This document shows positions 41,726 through 51,969 of a DNA stretch of 64,000 nt, piece by piece. A model generated the notes under the pieces. It worked only from the letters and a program-made list of their open reading frames with translations, did not search any database and had not been told where the DNA came from. The position numbers and the translations under genes were made by a program. The stretch spans positions 4,480,001-4,544,000 of the forward strand of contig OZ242351.1 of assembly GCA_965208675.1 (NCBI GenBank), written 5' to 3'. Source of the DNA: Candidatus Poribacteria bacterium (GTDB lineage: Bacteria; Poribacteria; WGA-4E; PCPOR2b). How positions within the stretch are numbered: the stretch's first letter is position 1; each line of letters opens with the position of its first letter.

Positions 41726-42694
41726 ATGGAAAACCCAAAAATTGTATGTACAGGTCCCATCGATAACGCCGCCATTGAAATCCTGCAGCCATACGGTGAA
41801 ATCGTCATTGCTCCAGTTTTCGAGGAGGAGGCGTTGCTTTCGCTCATTGATGGCGCCATTGGCTTGGTAGTGCGGGGTGCTGAAGGAAGCGTAAACGCTC
41901 GGGTAATCAATGCGGCCGCAGACCTAAGGGTAATCGGCCGCTCCGGCGTAGGATATGACAACGTGGACATTAGTGCTGCCACAGCACGAAATATTCCGGT
42001 GGTTTACACACCCGGAGTTAACGCCCGAGCGATAGCAGAGGCAGCGATGGCACTTATTTTCACCTTGTGTAAGAAGGTAGTCTTTTGGGACGCTCAGCTA
42101 AAACTGGGCAACTGGAGCAGCCGTTTTCAAAACCAACCAGGGGATTTGGACGGCGCCACGTTGGGTATCATCGGTTTCGGACGAATCGGACAGATGCTTG
42201 CACAGTTAATCCGTCCATTTAATGTAACAATTCTAGCCTATGACCCCTACGTGTCACACGAACGGGCGAACGAGCTAGAAACAGAACTAGTCGATCTTGA
42301 ATCATTATTACAGCGCTCAGATTTCATTTCTATTCATGCAGCCTTGACGCCTGAAACACAGGGACTCATCAACCGCGACCGTTTGCAACATGTAAAGCCG
42401 GGGGCTTACATCGTTAATCTGGCGCGGGGCGGCCTAATCGAAAGTCTTGACGTACTATATGAATCGTTGAAATCAGGCAGATTAGGAGGCGTTGGACTAG
42501 ATGTATTCCAACCCGAGCCGCCGGACGTCAGTCATCCAATTTTTCAATTGCCCCACTGCATTACGTCGCCCCACGCTCTAGGATTGACGCCGCAAGCGAT
42601 GACGAAAATATTCGAGAGCATGGCTACCGACATGGCAGCAATATTAGATGGAAAGCCGCCGCGGCACGTTGTAAACCCAGAGGTTTTAGGATAG
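41726..42694 (+). CDS. D-3-phosphoglycerate dehydrogenase-like 2-hydroxyacid dehydrogenase
   Basis: RSGVGYDNVD, GIIGFGRIG, NLARGG, LDVFQPEP, SPH. Confidence 0.9.
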   Translation: MENPKIVCTGPIDNAAIEILQPYGEIVIAPVFEEEALLSLIDGAIGLVVRGAEGSVNARVINAAADLRVIGRSGVGYDNVDISAATARNIPVVYTPGVNARAIAEAAMALIFTLCKKVVFWDAQLKLGNWSSRFQNQPGDLDGATLGIIGFGRIGQMLAQLIRPFNVTILAYDPYVSHERANELETELVDLESLLQRSDFISIHAALTPETQGLINRDRLQHVKPGAYIVNLARGGLIESLDVLYESLKSGRLGGVGLDVFQPEPPDVSHPIFQLPHCITSPHALGLTPQAMTKIFESMATDMAAILDGKPPRHVVNPEVLG

Positions 42695-42760
42695 GATGGC
42701 CCCGTTGATTCCGTATTGTTGTTGCCCGCTCACATTAATGGCTTAAATTAAGGTGACAAC

Positions 42761-44689
42761 ATGAATAACGCTCATGAGTTCGAGACGAAAAGCGCCAGCG
42801 GCCTTACATTTCGTGTAATATTCATCGGGCTGATACTCGTTATCATCAACTCCTACTGGATTAATCTGTTCATCCCCTTCTACGGCGGCATCCTTCACAG
42901 TTACATGTCGCTCTTCTCGAACACCGTCTTTACCCTGCTAGTTATTCTTCTGCTAAATCCACTCCTGGCACGTATGCACCCTCACTATGCCCTGCATGGA
43001 TCGGAGGCGTTAGCAATTTACATCATGCTAATCATGGTCTCCACTGTAGGCGGGGCACCGCACCTGAGCTATCTGGCTTATATGCTGCCCCATCCGTTTT
43101 GGTTTGCCTCCTCAGAAAATGACTGGTCAAGCCTATTCCTTGGGCACGTTCCCGACTGGATGACGGTAAAAAATCCGCAGGTGTTGCGCGGGTTTTATGA
43201 GGGCGATTCGTCGTTTTGGATGTCACAAGTCTTTAACAGTTGGATAGTCCCGCTGCTGACATGGTCTGTGTTTATGCTGGTTCTATTTTTTGTATTGATG
43301 TGTATGAACACCATACTGAGAAAACAGTTCACGGACTATGAACGACTGACATATCCAATTACGTGGCTGCCGCTGGAAATGGGCAAAAACCCATCTCGCT
43401 TTTTTGCGAACAAGTTGATGTGGATAGGGTTCGGTATCGCTGCAGGCGGCGGGTTGCTCAACGGTCTGAGCCATCTATATCCGGCGCTTCCATCTCTGCC
43501 CATCCGAGCGCTCGACAACCGCATCACACACCTTTTCCTCGAACGCCCATGGAATGCGGTCGGAACAATGCTGATTGCGCTTCACCCGTTTGCTATCGGC
43601 CTCTCCTTCTTTATGCCCTTGGACTTGGCGTTTTCGTCGCTTTTTTTCTTTTTCTTTGGAAAAGCGGTCCTAGTGCTCAGAAGCGCTTTGGGTTTGCAAA
43701 TAGACCTTTATCTCGACGAACAGTCGGAAGGGGCGTGGATCGGGTTAGGCCTTCTCGCATTGTGGGTGGGGCGAAGACACCTGAAACAGGTGTTCTCCGC
43801 AGCCGGGAGAGGGAAAGGGCATCTAGACGACTCGAAGGAACCTATGGCATATAAATGGGCGATATGGGGAATCGTCGGGGGGATGATTTTCCTGATAATA
43901 TTCGCGATTAAAGCGGGTTTTTCACTTTGGGTTTTTCTTCTGTTTATCGGCATCTACTTCTTGATGGCAATCAGCCTGACAAAGGTCAGGGCTGGCCTTG
44001 GCCCGCCGATGCACGAGGTCATTTTCAAAGATCCGGCAACAACGATGGTTTCGGCGCTGGGGACTCGTACAATCGGCGCTAAGAATCTAACGCTTATGTC
44101 GTTCCTATACTGGCTGAACCGAGTTAATACGTCGCACCCGATGCCTAACCAGCTTGAAGCCTTTCGAATAAGCGAACAAGCACAGTTAAACAGTCGAAGA
44201 CTCACCGTTGTCATGCTCGCCGCACTCGCGGTGAGCATCGTTACCACTTGGACGGTCTATTTTTCCCACGCGTATGAGCGCGGTGCCGGTCTGGCTGGTG
44301 GGGGAATTGCTTGGGAATGTTTCAATCGTCTGCAGCGCTGGCTAAATTCGCCGACAGAATATAACTATCCCGCAATAATCGCCATGGGCACCGGCTTCGG
44401 CGTCACCCTTATTCTATCAGCGTTGAAACTGCGTTTTCTATGGTGGCCCTTCCACCCGATTGGGTATGTAATTGGAACAGGCCGGTGGGGGGACCTCTCC
44501 TTCATCTGGTTTCCCATGCTTCTCTGTTGGGCGCTCAAGCTGGGAATTCTACGCTATGGCGGGCTGCAAGCCTATCGCCGGGCGATTCCGTTTTTTGCGG
44601 GTTTAATTCTCGGAGATTATTCCATGGCGTGCTTATGGGGCATCATCGGGTGGGTTTTAAAGCGGCAGATGTATCAGATATGGGTATAG
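42761..44689 (+). CDS. large polytopic membrane protein (DUF6785/DUF6784-like, from memory; OPT-like transporter?)
   Basis: Many TM segments; ERLTYPI, WWPFHPIGY, RYGG..YRRAIPFFAGLILGD. Confidence 0.65.
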   Translation: MNNAHEFETKSASGLTFRVIFIGLILVIINSYWINLFIPFYGGILHSYMSLFSNTVFTLLVILLLNPLLARMHPHYALHGSEALAIYIMLIMVSTVGGAPHLSYLAYMLPHPFWFASSENDWSSLFLGHVPDWMTVKNPQVLRGFYEGDSSFWMSQVFNSWIVPLLTWSVFMLVLFFVLMCMNTILRKQFTDYERLTYPITWLPLEMGKNPSRFFANKLMWIGFGIAAGGGLLNGLSHLYPALPSLPIRALDNRITHLFLERPWNAVGTMLIALHPFAIGLSFFMPLDLAFSSLFFFFFGKAVLVLRSALGLQIDLYLDEQSEGAWIGLGLLALWVGRRHLKQVFSAAGRGKGHLDDSKEPMAYKWAIWGIVGGMIFLIIFAIKAGFSLWVFLLFIGIYFLMAISLTKVRAGLGPPMHEVIFKDPATTMVSALGTRTIGAKNLTLMSFLYWLNRVNTSHPMPNQLEAFRISEQAQLNSRRLTVVMLAALAVSIVTTWTVYFSHAYERGAGLAGGGIAWECFNRLQRWLNSPTEYNYPAIIAMGTGFGVTLILSALKLRFLWWPFHPIGYVIGTGRWGDLSFIWFPMLLCWALKLGILRYGGLQAYRRAIPFFAGLILGDYSMACLWGIIGWVLKRQMYQIWV

Positions 44690-44834
44690 CGGGCAGTTCT
44701 TTGCAAAAACGGCATGATTTGAGATGGACATCATTCCTAGCGCACGCGGGTCAGGATTCTCCGGCTACAGGGGGAAGATGCGGTGCGGCGAGGAGCGGTT
44801 ACGGTGAGTGGGTAGTGGAATTTCGCGGAAGATT

Positions 44835-44888
44835 ACGGCATACGGAGTGTGCCTACTACTTTGTGCGGGGCAAGATGCCGCGCTTGCA
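44835..44888 (-). repeat. REP-like hairpins
   Basis: Minus strand GTAGTA-GGCAC-ACTCC-GTATGCC (44835-44859); GCGGGGCAAGATGCCGCGC (44865-44883) is related to 59518-59580. Confidence 0.55.
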
Positions 44889-44978
44889 GGGGTTGGCGGC
44901 GTATGCGGGGCTATCGGGTAAGATTTGTTTTTTTTGGGGCGACATTTCGAATTGACTCGATGTTGTGGACAGGATCTA

Positions 44979-45866
44979 TAGTCATTTCAACTAAGAATTA
45001 TACATTTTGATAATGTAATCAACGGTCGTGTTTTTAGGTGCATATTGCCACCGCTTCTTGATAATCGCAAAATCTTGTTCAATCGGGTTAAGGTCAGGTG
45101 AATAAGCAGGGAGATAAAGCAAGCTATTCCCCGAATCATGGATGATGTCTCTGGTGGCTGCTGTTTTATGAAATGAGGCATTATCCACGATGATAGTGGT
45201 CTGTTTGGGTAGTTCTCTAAACAGATGATACTGTAACCAATAATTGAACACATTCGCATTCGTACTCCCTTCAAACAAGATAGGAGCGATGAGTCTGTTT
45301 TTGTGTCTTGCGGCAATCAGAGTGGTACGGGGTCTGCTGTTCCCACTGACTTCTCCATGAACCTTTTGTACTGCCTGCAAGTGGTAGGCTCAAACCCGCA
45401 TTCATCTACGTGCACAATATGCTGCTTGCCGTTATCTTTAATCAGTTGACGGTATTGGCGCAGATACTTTCCTCGATTGAAATGGTTCCTTTCTTGATAC
45501 TTTGATGTTTTTTTTCCGGCTGAATTTCATTTTCTTGAGGTGATAACAAATTGCACTTGCGGATACCCCAAACAGTTGAGCGCGTTCTGATAGCATTGCA
45601 TCAGGATACACTTGGACATGGCGTTTGAGGAGGTGTTTGTCGACCTTACGGTTGTGATCCGGGTGTGGTTTGGGCGTCAGGTCATCTAGTGCCAACCAGT
45701 TGTATACTGTCTTACGACTGACTTCAAACCGGCGAGCGGCTTCGCTCTTGCTGCCACCGGACTCAACGAAACTAACAACTCGCTTTCTTAAATCTACGCT
45801 ATAACTCACAATAACCCATAAATTAACATACAAATTAACATGTGTAAATATAAATTTAAATGACTA
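44979..45866 (-). mobile_element. IS630-family insertion sequence (~890 bp), transposase probably inactive
   Basis: Imperfect TIRs TAGTCATTT..; TA on both flanks (44977-78, 45867-68); HTH ORF YSVDLRKRVV; DDE parts VDECGF, IVDNASFH, LPAYSPDLNPIE. Confidence 0.92.
44991..45833 (-). pseudogene. IS630 transposase split by an A8 slippery site and a second frame break near 45370
   Basis: Minus-strand A8C at ~45508-45516 joins the HTH part to the DECGF segment; EPTTCRQY and QKVHGEV lie in different frames. Confidence 0.8.
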
Positions 45867-45945
45867 TAAGTGCCAGCGGTATTTGTAATCATTATGCGAA
45901 GATGTCTAATCTTTCCCGTTAATTCAAACTCAATATTGGACGGTA

Positions 45946-46881
45946 TTACTCCTCGCCGGAGGCTGCTTCCTTCCCGGATTCTGATTCCACGAGCGTCGAT
46001 TTCAAAGAGAGACTGTAATCAAGCAGCATCCTTGCGTACGGAATATTGTGGAGGCCATAACCGCTGTCGCCTTTAACCATGTCATAGTTCCACTTTGCCG
46101 CTTTGTACGCTTCGCTGTTTGGATCGGCCGCACCGTCCAGCATAGCCTTTACCGCGTCCATTTTGCCGCCAATCTCCTCACGATACCTTTTTAGCCTAGC
46201 TTCCATATCATCGTGGCAATCCCCGCAAATCGAAAAGTCTGCTTTAAAGGTATGCCCGCCGCGCTGCGCAATCTCATCATTTGATTCCTTTTTCGCCATG
46301 TGGCAGTGTACGCATCGCTTCTTCATCACTCTAACGTGCGGTGAAGGTTTTCGCCTGACGCCCTTCCCGTCGCGGCCTAAGAACATCTCTGTTTGAGATT
46401 TGTGGATGATCCCATCTCCGGCGCAGCCGCAATCCATTTTGTGGCAGGATACACAGAGTTTCCGAGTCGATTTTACCAACAAATGCTCGCGGTTACTGCT
46501 ATGCAAATGGCACGACGAACAACTGACAGCGTTCACAGCAGTCTCTAGATTGTAAGGATGGTCTTTCGATCTGCCGATTCTGGAATGTATCTCATAGCCA
46601 GCCGAATGACAGCTAAGGCAAGAGACGCGTACGGGATGGTCGCCGTGATCGAGGTTGATTAACGCCTTCGCGTGTCCAGCCATCTTCCATTCAGCGTAAG
46701 CAGCTTCGCTTCCATGGCATGTGTAGCACTTTTCACGGAAAGGAGAATCTTCATGTGTGTCAACTCCACCGTGCGTTGGCGTTGAATGCCCCGCTTCGCC
46801 CGCTTGCAGACTATTAAATGAGATTAATCCTACGGCTACCATGAGTGCTGTCAGCAAAAAAAACAAGAGCGATTGTTTCAT
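45946..46881 (-). CDS. exported multiheme (6 CxxCH) cytochrome c
   Basis: Signal/TM N-terminus; CYTCH, CLSCH, CSSCH, CVSCH, CVHCH, CGDCH; helical C-terminus DSGYGLHNIPYA. Confidence 0.88.
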   Translation of the reverse strand: MKQSLLFFLLTALMVAVGLISFNSLQAGEAGHSTPTHGGVDTHEDSPFREKCYTCHGSEAAYAEWKMAGHAKALINLDHGDHPVRVSCLSCHSAGYEIHSRIGRSKDHPYNLETAVNAVSCSSCHLHSSNREHLLVKSTRKLCVSCHKMDCGCAGDGIIHKSQTEMFLGRDGKGVRRKPSPHVRVMKKRCVHCHMAKKESNDEIAQRGGHTFKADFSICGDCHDDMEARLKRYREEIGGKMDAVKAMLDGAADPNSEAYKAAKWNYDMVKGDSGYGLHNIPYARMLLDYSLSLKSTLVESESGKEAASGEE

Positions 46882-46977
46882 CTGTTAGAGTATTTCTCCC
46901 CTCCTTGCTTCAATGCAATATCGCCGCAGTGGCGGCGCGCGCGGAGAAACTCGGATTCACTCCGCAATTGTGCGGTG

Positions 46978-49170
46978 CTACTTCACAATCACCATCTGCC
47001 GCAACGCGCTGTAATCACCGGCGCGGAATTGATAGAAATAGGCACCGCTTGTGACGCGTTCGCCGTTTTGGTTCCGCCCGTCCCAATACGCTGCGTTCGT
47101 TTTGTCGCGGTAGATTCCGGACTTTTGATGTCCCATGTCCAGTGTTCGCACGATTTGGCCGCTCTGGTCGTAGATGTTTAAGGTCACGAGCGCATCGTTT
47201 GCCAACTGATACGGTATCCAGGTTTCGGGGTTGAACGGATTCGGAAAATTTTGAAGCAACGCTGTCCGTTTAATGTCTCCCAACGTAGTCAAGAAATTTC
47301 CCAACGGTTCCACGCTGACCCCAATGCCGGTATAAGCGTCAAGTTCCCAAAGCAACACGATTCCATCGTAACCCGAGCTAGCCAGGGTGCCTCCGTCAGG
47401 GCTGAATGCAAGGCTATGGACCCACAAGGAATGCCCAGGGAGCGAAGCTAGGAGTTCCCACGAATCGGTGTCCCAGAGACGAACCTTACCGTCGATACCT
47501 CCACTGGCGAGTGTGCGTCCGTCGGGACTGAACGCAAGGCTATTGACGGAATACGCATTCGGGATATTAAGGGTTCGCAGCAGTTCTCCCTTATCAACAT
47601 TCCACAATAAAATTGATTCCCTACCCCCGCTTGCGAGGGTGCTGCCTCCTGGGCTGAACGCAACGCTATAGAAAGGGCCTTTATGCTCATGCAGCTTGCG
47701 CAGTTGTTCTCCTGTATCTACGTCCCACAGAATAAGCGCCTCCCAACCCGCGCTTGCCAGCGTTCCGCCGTCGGGACTGAACGCCACGCTATTCAGATCG
47801 TGCATATCCACGGTGAGTGTATGCCTAGCGTTCCCAGCATCGGCGTCCCACAAACGTACGGTGTTGTCCCAACTTGCGCTTGCGATAATACTGCCGTCCG
47901 GACTGAACGCAATGTCTTTAATCGGAGCCGTATGACCCTCAAGCTTTAGCTGCTCTTCTCCGGTATCGGCGTCCCGCACACGGACCGTGTTGCCCCAACT
48001 CTCGCTGGCAATGGTTTCGCCGCCGGGGCTGTACGCAACGCTGACGCTACCACCAAAATCGCCATCGCCAAACGAGTGTCTGTGTTCTCCCGTTTCGGAG
48101 TCCCAAAGCCGGACAGCGTCCCCACTCGCACTTGCGACTGTGCCGCCGTCCGGGCTGAACGCGACTCTGTGAACTTGGGGGTAGTGTCCGGTGATAGTGC
48201 GTAGCAGTTTACCCGATTCGGCGTCCCACAGTCGGAAAGTCTGGTCATGGCTCAAACCGGCAATCGTGCGTCCGTCGGGACTAAATGTAAAGGTATAGCA
48301 CCAATGCGATTCGTTAAGGCGCCGCAACTCTTCTCCGGTTGCGGAGTTCCACAATCGGACAACTTGCCCTTCCGCGCTAGCAAGGATGCTCCCATCCGGA
48401 CTGAATGCGACTGAATCGACCGAACCCGAAGCGGAAAGTGTACGCAGATGTTGTCCGGTTGATGCGTCCCATAAACGGACAGTTCTGTCATTGCTGCCGC
48501 TAGCGAGGATGTTGCCATCCGGGCTGAACGCAACACTATACACGTACGCCGTATGCCCCTCGAACGTGCTTAAGAGGTCTCCAGTATCGGCGTCCCACAG
48601 GCCGATGGTTCGGTCTGCGCCCGCGCTAGCGATAATGCCGCTATCCGGGCTGAACGCTAAGGCGTTGACCCAACTCCCGTACCCGTTGAGCGTGCGAAGG
48701 TGTCTTCCCGTTTCCGCATCCCAAAGTTCAATATCTCGGTTCCCAGTTTCGCTTGCTATTGTGCGTCCATCGGGGCTGTACGCAAGGCTGTTGGCTGCGC
48801 CCGATCCTTTAATCGTTTGCAGATGTTTTCCCGTTGCGGCGTCCCACAATCGAATGTCATCGTTCCAACTTGCCCCGGCGATTGTGCTGCCATCGGGGCT
48901 AATAGCAATGCTGTCGACGTCCGTATTCCCGACAAACAGATTGGTTTCCTTATGAGTCGCCGTATCGTAGAGCCAAACACCGATTCCACTGGCGAGCGCG
49001 AGTCCGGTACCATCGGGCGTATAAGCAATTTCGTGTATCCGGCCTTGCCCAATGCGCAATTTGGCGCCTTCGGGAAGCCCCCATTGCAGAGAATGCTGGG
49101 CGTCACTTTGAGGTAAACACAGAGCGGCAACGAACAACAAGCTGAATTTGAAAACCAGTACCTTCTTCAT
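46978..49170 (-). CDS. secreted WD40 protein (14 blades) with C-terminal FlgD-Ig/T9SS-CTD-like domain, paralogue 1
   Basis: Signal peptide MKKVLVF..; GH..SVAFSPDG..WD repeats; TALLQNFPNPFNPETWIPYQLA; start moved to ATG 49170 after GGAGG. Confidence 0.9.
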   Translation of the reverse strand: MKKVLVFKFSLLFVAALCLPQSDAQHSLQWGLPEGAKLRIGQGRIHEIAYTPDGTGLALASGIGVWLYDTATHKETNLFVGNTDVDSIAISPDGSTIAGASWNDDIRLWDAATGKHLQTIKGSGAANSLAYSPDGRTIASETGNRDIELWDAETGRHLRTLNGYGSWVNALAFSPDSGIIASAGADRTIGLWDADTGDLLSTFEGHTAYVYSVAFSPDGNILASGSNDRTVRLWDASTGQHLRTLSASGSVDSVAFSPDGSILASAEGQVVRLWNSATGEELRRLNESHWCYTFTFSPDGRTIAGLSHDQTFRLWDAESGKLLRTITGHYPQVHRVAFSPDGGTVASASGDAVRLWDSETGEHRHSFGDGDFGGSVSVAYSPGGETIASESWGNTVRVRDADTGEEQLKLEGHTAPIKDIAFSPDGSIIASASWDNTVRLWDADAGNARHTLTVDMHDLNSVAFSPDGGTLASAGWEALILWDVDTGEQLRKLHEHKGPFYSVAFSPGGSTLASGGRESILLWNVDKGELLRTLNIPNAYSVNSLAFSPDGRTLASGGIDGKVRLWDTDSWELLASLPGHSLWVHSLAFSPDGGTLASSGYDGIVLLWELDAYTGIGVSVEPLGNFLTTLGDIKRTALLQNFPNPFNPETWIPYQLANDALVTLNIYDQSGQIVRTLDMGHQKSGIYRDKTNAAYWDGRNQNGERVTSGAYFYQFRAGDYSALRQMVIVK

Positions 49171-49472
49171 TGGAATTTTCCTCCTTGTTGAGTTCGCGGG
49201 GGCATCCCCGTGATTTCTACTTCCGGCGTACATCCCTTGTTTTAAAGCCTGGCTGAAGACGAAGAAAAAGTTACATGAACGGTTGGAGTTCGCGACTATT
49301 CATTTCAGAAGTTGATTCTAAACGAATTGAAGAAGGAAATTTAATCTGCTAGAGGAATGCCCGCAAGTTGCGAGATGTTCAGTTGGAACATCCGACTCCA
49401 CGCACTAGTTCCATTACAACGAAGGCAATCATGCAAACCTGTATCTGGTGCGATAGTACCATTTACACGTAA

Positions 49473-49501
49473 ATTATACACCATTAGGTGATTTACTTCA
49501 A
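49473..49501 (-). promoter_or_regulatory. possible sigma70 promoter for WD40 paralogue 1
   Basis: Minus strand TTGAAG-17 bp-TATAAT. Confidence 0.5.
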
Positions 49502-49641
49502 CTGTGACGCGAAAAACCTAATGTATCAAGTCACGCGACAGTTTGAAATTCGTCATCTAGAGTGTTGGGTTTCGCACCAAGGTGCGCTGATTGAACAAAT
49601 CCTTTGAAGAATAACCGTGCGTCGTACCGTTCTGTTAGGCG

Positions 49642-51858
49642 TTACTTAACAATCGCCATTCGCTTAAGCGAGGAGTAATCACCCGCACGGAGTTGATAGT
49701 AATACGTGCCGCTTGTGACTCGTTCGCCATTTTGGTTGCGACCGTCCCAATACGCAGCGTTCTCTGTGTCTTGGTAGACACCCAATTTTTGATGTCCAAT
49801 TTCCAACCTGCGTACGATTCGGCCGCTCTGGTCGTAGATGTTCAAAGTCACGAGCGCATCGTCCGCCAACTGGTAAGGTATCCAGGTTTCGGGGTTGAAC
49901 GGATTCGGATAATTTTGCAGCAACGCGGTTCGTTTGATGTTGCCAATCGTTGTCAAGCGATTTCCCCTCGGTTCGACTCCAACTCCGATTGAAGTACCAA
50001 GGTCCCATAACAGTACGGTGCCGTCCCAACTCCCGCTGGCGAGCGTGCGTCCGTCGGGACCGAATTCCACACCATAGACCATATTGGTATGGCCGTCGAG
50101 CGTTCGGAGGTGTTTGCCGGTATCGACATCCCACAGGCGGATGGTACTGTCTCCGCTTCCGCTAACGAGAGTGCTGCCATCGGGGCTAAAATCAACGCTA
50201 TTGACCCAAAAGCCGTGCCCGGTAAGCGTACGGAGATATTCGCCGGTATCGACATTCCACAGGCGAATGGAATCGTCCCAACTTCCACTTGCAATTGTGC
50301 CTCCGTCGGGACTGAACGCAATGCTCTGAATTGACTGAGTGTGTCCCATAAGGACTCGCAGCCGTTCACCGTTATCGATGTCCCACAGTACGATAGTAGT
50401 TTTACCCCCGCTAGCGAGGATTTTACCGTCCGGGCTGTACGCAAGGCTTGAAACCCCAAACCTAGGGGTATGTACGCTCCTCCGCGTTCGTAAGAGTTCA
50501 CCGGTATCGGCATCCCAAATACGGACGGTATTGTCCAAACTCCCGCCGGCAATGTGACGTCCATCGGGGCTGAACGCCACGCCATAAATCGAATCCGTGT
50601 GCCCCATGAGCGTCCGAATGTGTTCGCCAGTAGCCGTATCCCACAGACGGATAGTTAGGTCCCGACTTCCGCTTGCGATGCGGCGTCCATCCGGACTGAA
50701 CACGACGTTCGTGACGTGCTTCTCATGCCCGGTAAGTGTGCGCAAGTGCTCGCCGGTATCGGCGGCCCATAAGCGAACGGTTTCATCTCCCCAACTCCCG
50801 CTGGCAACTGTTCCCCCGTCAGGACTAAACGCGACACTTCTGACGGAGCCCGTATACCCTGTCAGCGTTCCTAAGTGTTTGCCAGTAGCGGCATCCCACA
50901 CGCGGACGGTACCGTCCCAACTCCCGCTTGCCAGTGTGCGTCCATCGGGACTGTACGCAACAGTGCCAACCCAATCCGTGTGTCCGTTTAGCGTTCGCAG
51001 GTGTTCGCCTGTTATTGCGTCCCACAGGCGGATTGAATGGTCCCAGCTTCCGCTCGCAATGGTGCCGCCGTCGGGGCTGAACAAGGCACTATTGACCGAA
51101 TGCGTATGACCGCTTAGTGTTCGCATCCGTTTTCCCGTGTTCGCGTCCCACAGTAGGATGGAATTATCGTCACTACCGCTAACAATCGTATCACCGTCGG
51201 GACTGAACGAAACACTGTGGACCGGATTCGTGTGATCGTCTAGCGTTAGCAGGTGTTTTCCCGTAGACGTGTCCCATAGGCGGATGGTGGTATCTCTACT
51301 CCCGCTTGCGATGGTGCCGCCATCGGGACTGTACGAGACGATAATGACGTTGTCTGTATGCCCGCGGAGCGTATGCAGACTCTTTCCCGTTTCCGAGTCC
51401 CACAAATGGATGGTATTGTCGTAAGTCCCGCCTGCTAAAGTATCGCCGTTGGGACTGAACGAAACGTTAATCACCCAATCCCCATAGCCGTTCAGTGCTC
51501 TTAGGCGCTCTCCCGTTTCCACATCCCACATACTGAGGATGTCCACACCGTCACTCGCACTGGCAATTGTACCCCCGTCGGGACTGAACGAAAAACCGCT
51601 AATTCCTCCTGTATCCCCGGAAAGGAATGCGGCTTCTTTATGGGTTTCTGCATCGTAAAGCCATATTCCGATGCTGCTGGAAACTGCAAGTCGTTTGCCG
51701 TCTGGTGAATACTGTATTTCGCCTATCGAACCTCTACCCAGCCGCGCTATGGCGGTTTCGGGTAGATGCCATTGAAGAGAATCTTGGGCGTAGCTGAATG
51801 GTACACATAGCGCGGCAGCGAAGAAATAGTTAAGCTTGGAAATTATGGATTTTTTCAC
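49642..51858 (-). CDS. secreted WD40 protein (14 blades) with C-terminal domain, paralogue 2
   Basis: Same architecture; GTG start after GAGGAGG. Confidence 0.9.
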   Translation of the reverse strand: MKKSIISKLNYFFAAALCVPFSYAQDSLQWHLPETAIARLGRGSIGEIQYSPDGKRLAVSSSIGIWLYDAETHKEAAFLSGDTGGISGFSFSPDGGTIASASDGVDILSMWDVETGERLRALNGYGDWVINVSFSPNGDTLAGGTYDNTIHLWDSETGKSLHTLRGHTDNVIIVSYSPDGGTIASGSRDTTIRLWDTSTGKHLLTLDDHTNPVHSVSFSPDGDTIVSGSDDNSILLWDANTGKRMRTLSGHTHSVNSALFSPDGGTIASGSWDHSIRLWDAITGEHLRTLNGHTDWVGTVAYSPDGRTLASGSWDGTVRVWDAATGKHLGTLTGYTGSVRSVAFSPDGGTVASGSWGDETVRLWAADTGEHLRTLTGHEKHVTNVVFSPDGRRIASGSRDLTIRLWDTATGEHIRTLMGHTDSIYGVAFSPDGRHIAGGSLDNTVRIWDADTGELLRTRRSVHTPRFGVSSLAYSPDGKILASGGKTTIVLWDIDNGERLRVLMGHTQSIQSIAFSPDGGTIASGSWDDSIRLWNVDTGEYLRTLTGHGFWVNSVDFSPDGSTLVSGSGDSTIRLWDVDTGKHLRTLDGHTNMVYGVEFGPDGRTLASGSWDGTVLLWDLGTSIGVGVEPRGNRLTTIGNIKRTALLQNYPNPFNPETWIPYQLADDALVTLNIYDQSGRIVRRLEIGHQKLGVYQDTENAAYWDGRNQNGERVTSGTYYYQLRAGDYSSLKRMAIVK

Positions 51859-51969
51859 TGGAGTCCTCCTCAGATTTTGCGTTGTGCATCCAAAAAACAC
51901 TCGTTGTGTGTAACTTCAGACAACAATTTTTTTATAAATACCCGGATTATCACCTCCAATCGTCGTTTG

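Noticed and set aside
44440-44955. 171-aa ORF containing RHTECAYY
   Set aside because: Overlaps the membrane gene out of frame and then translates REP hairpins.
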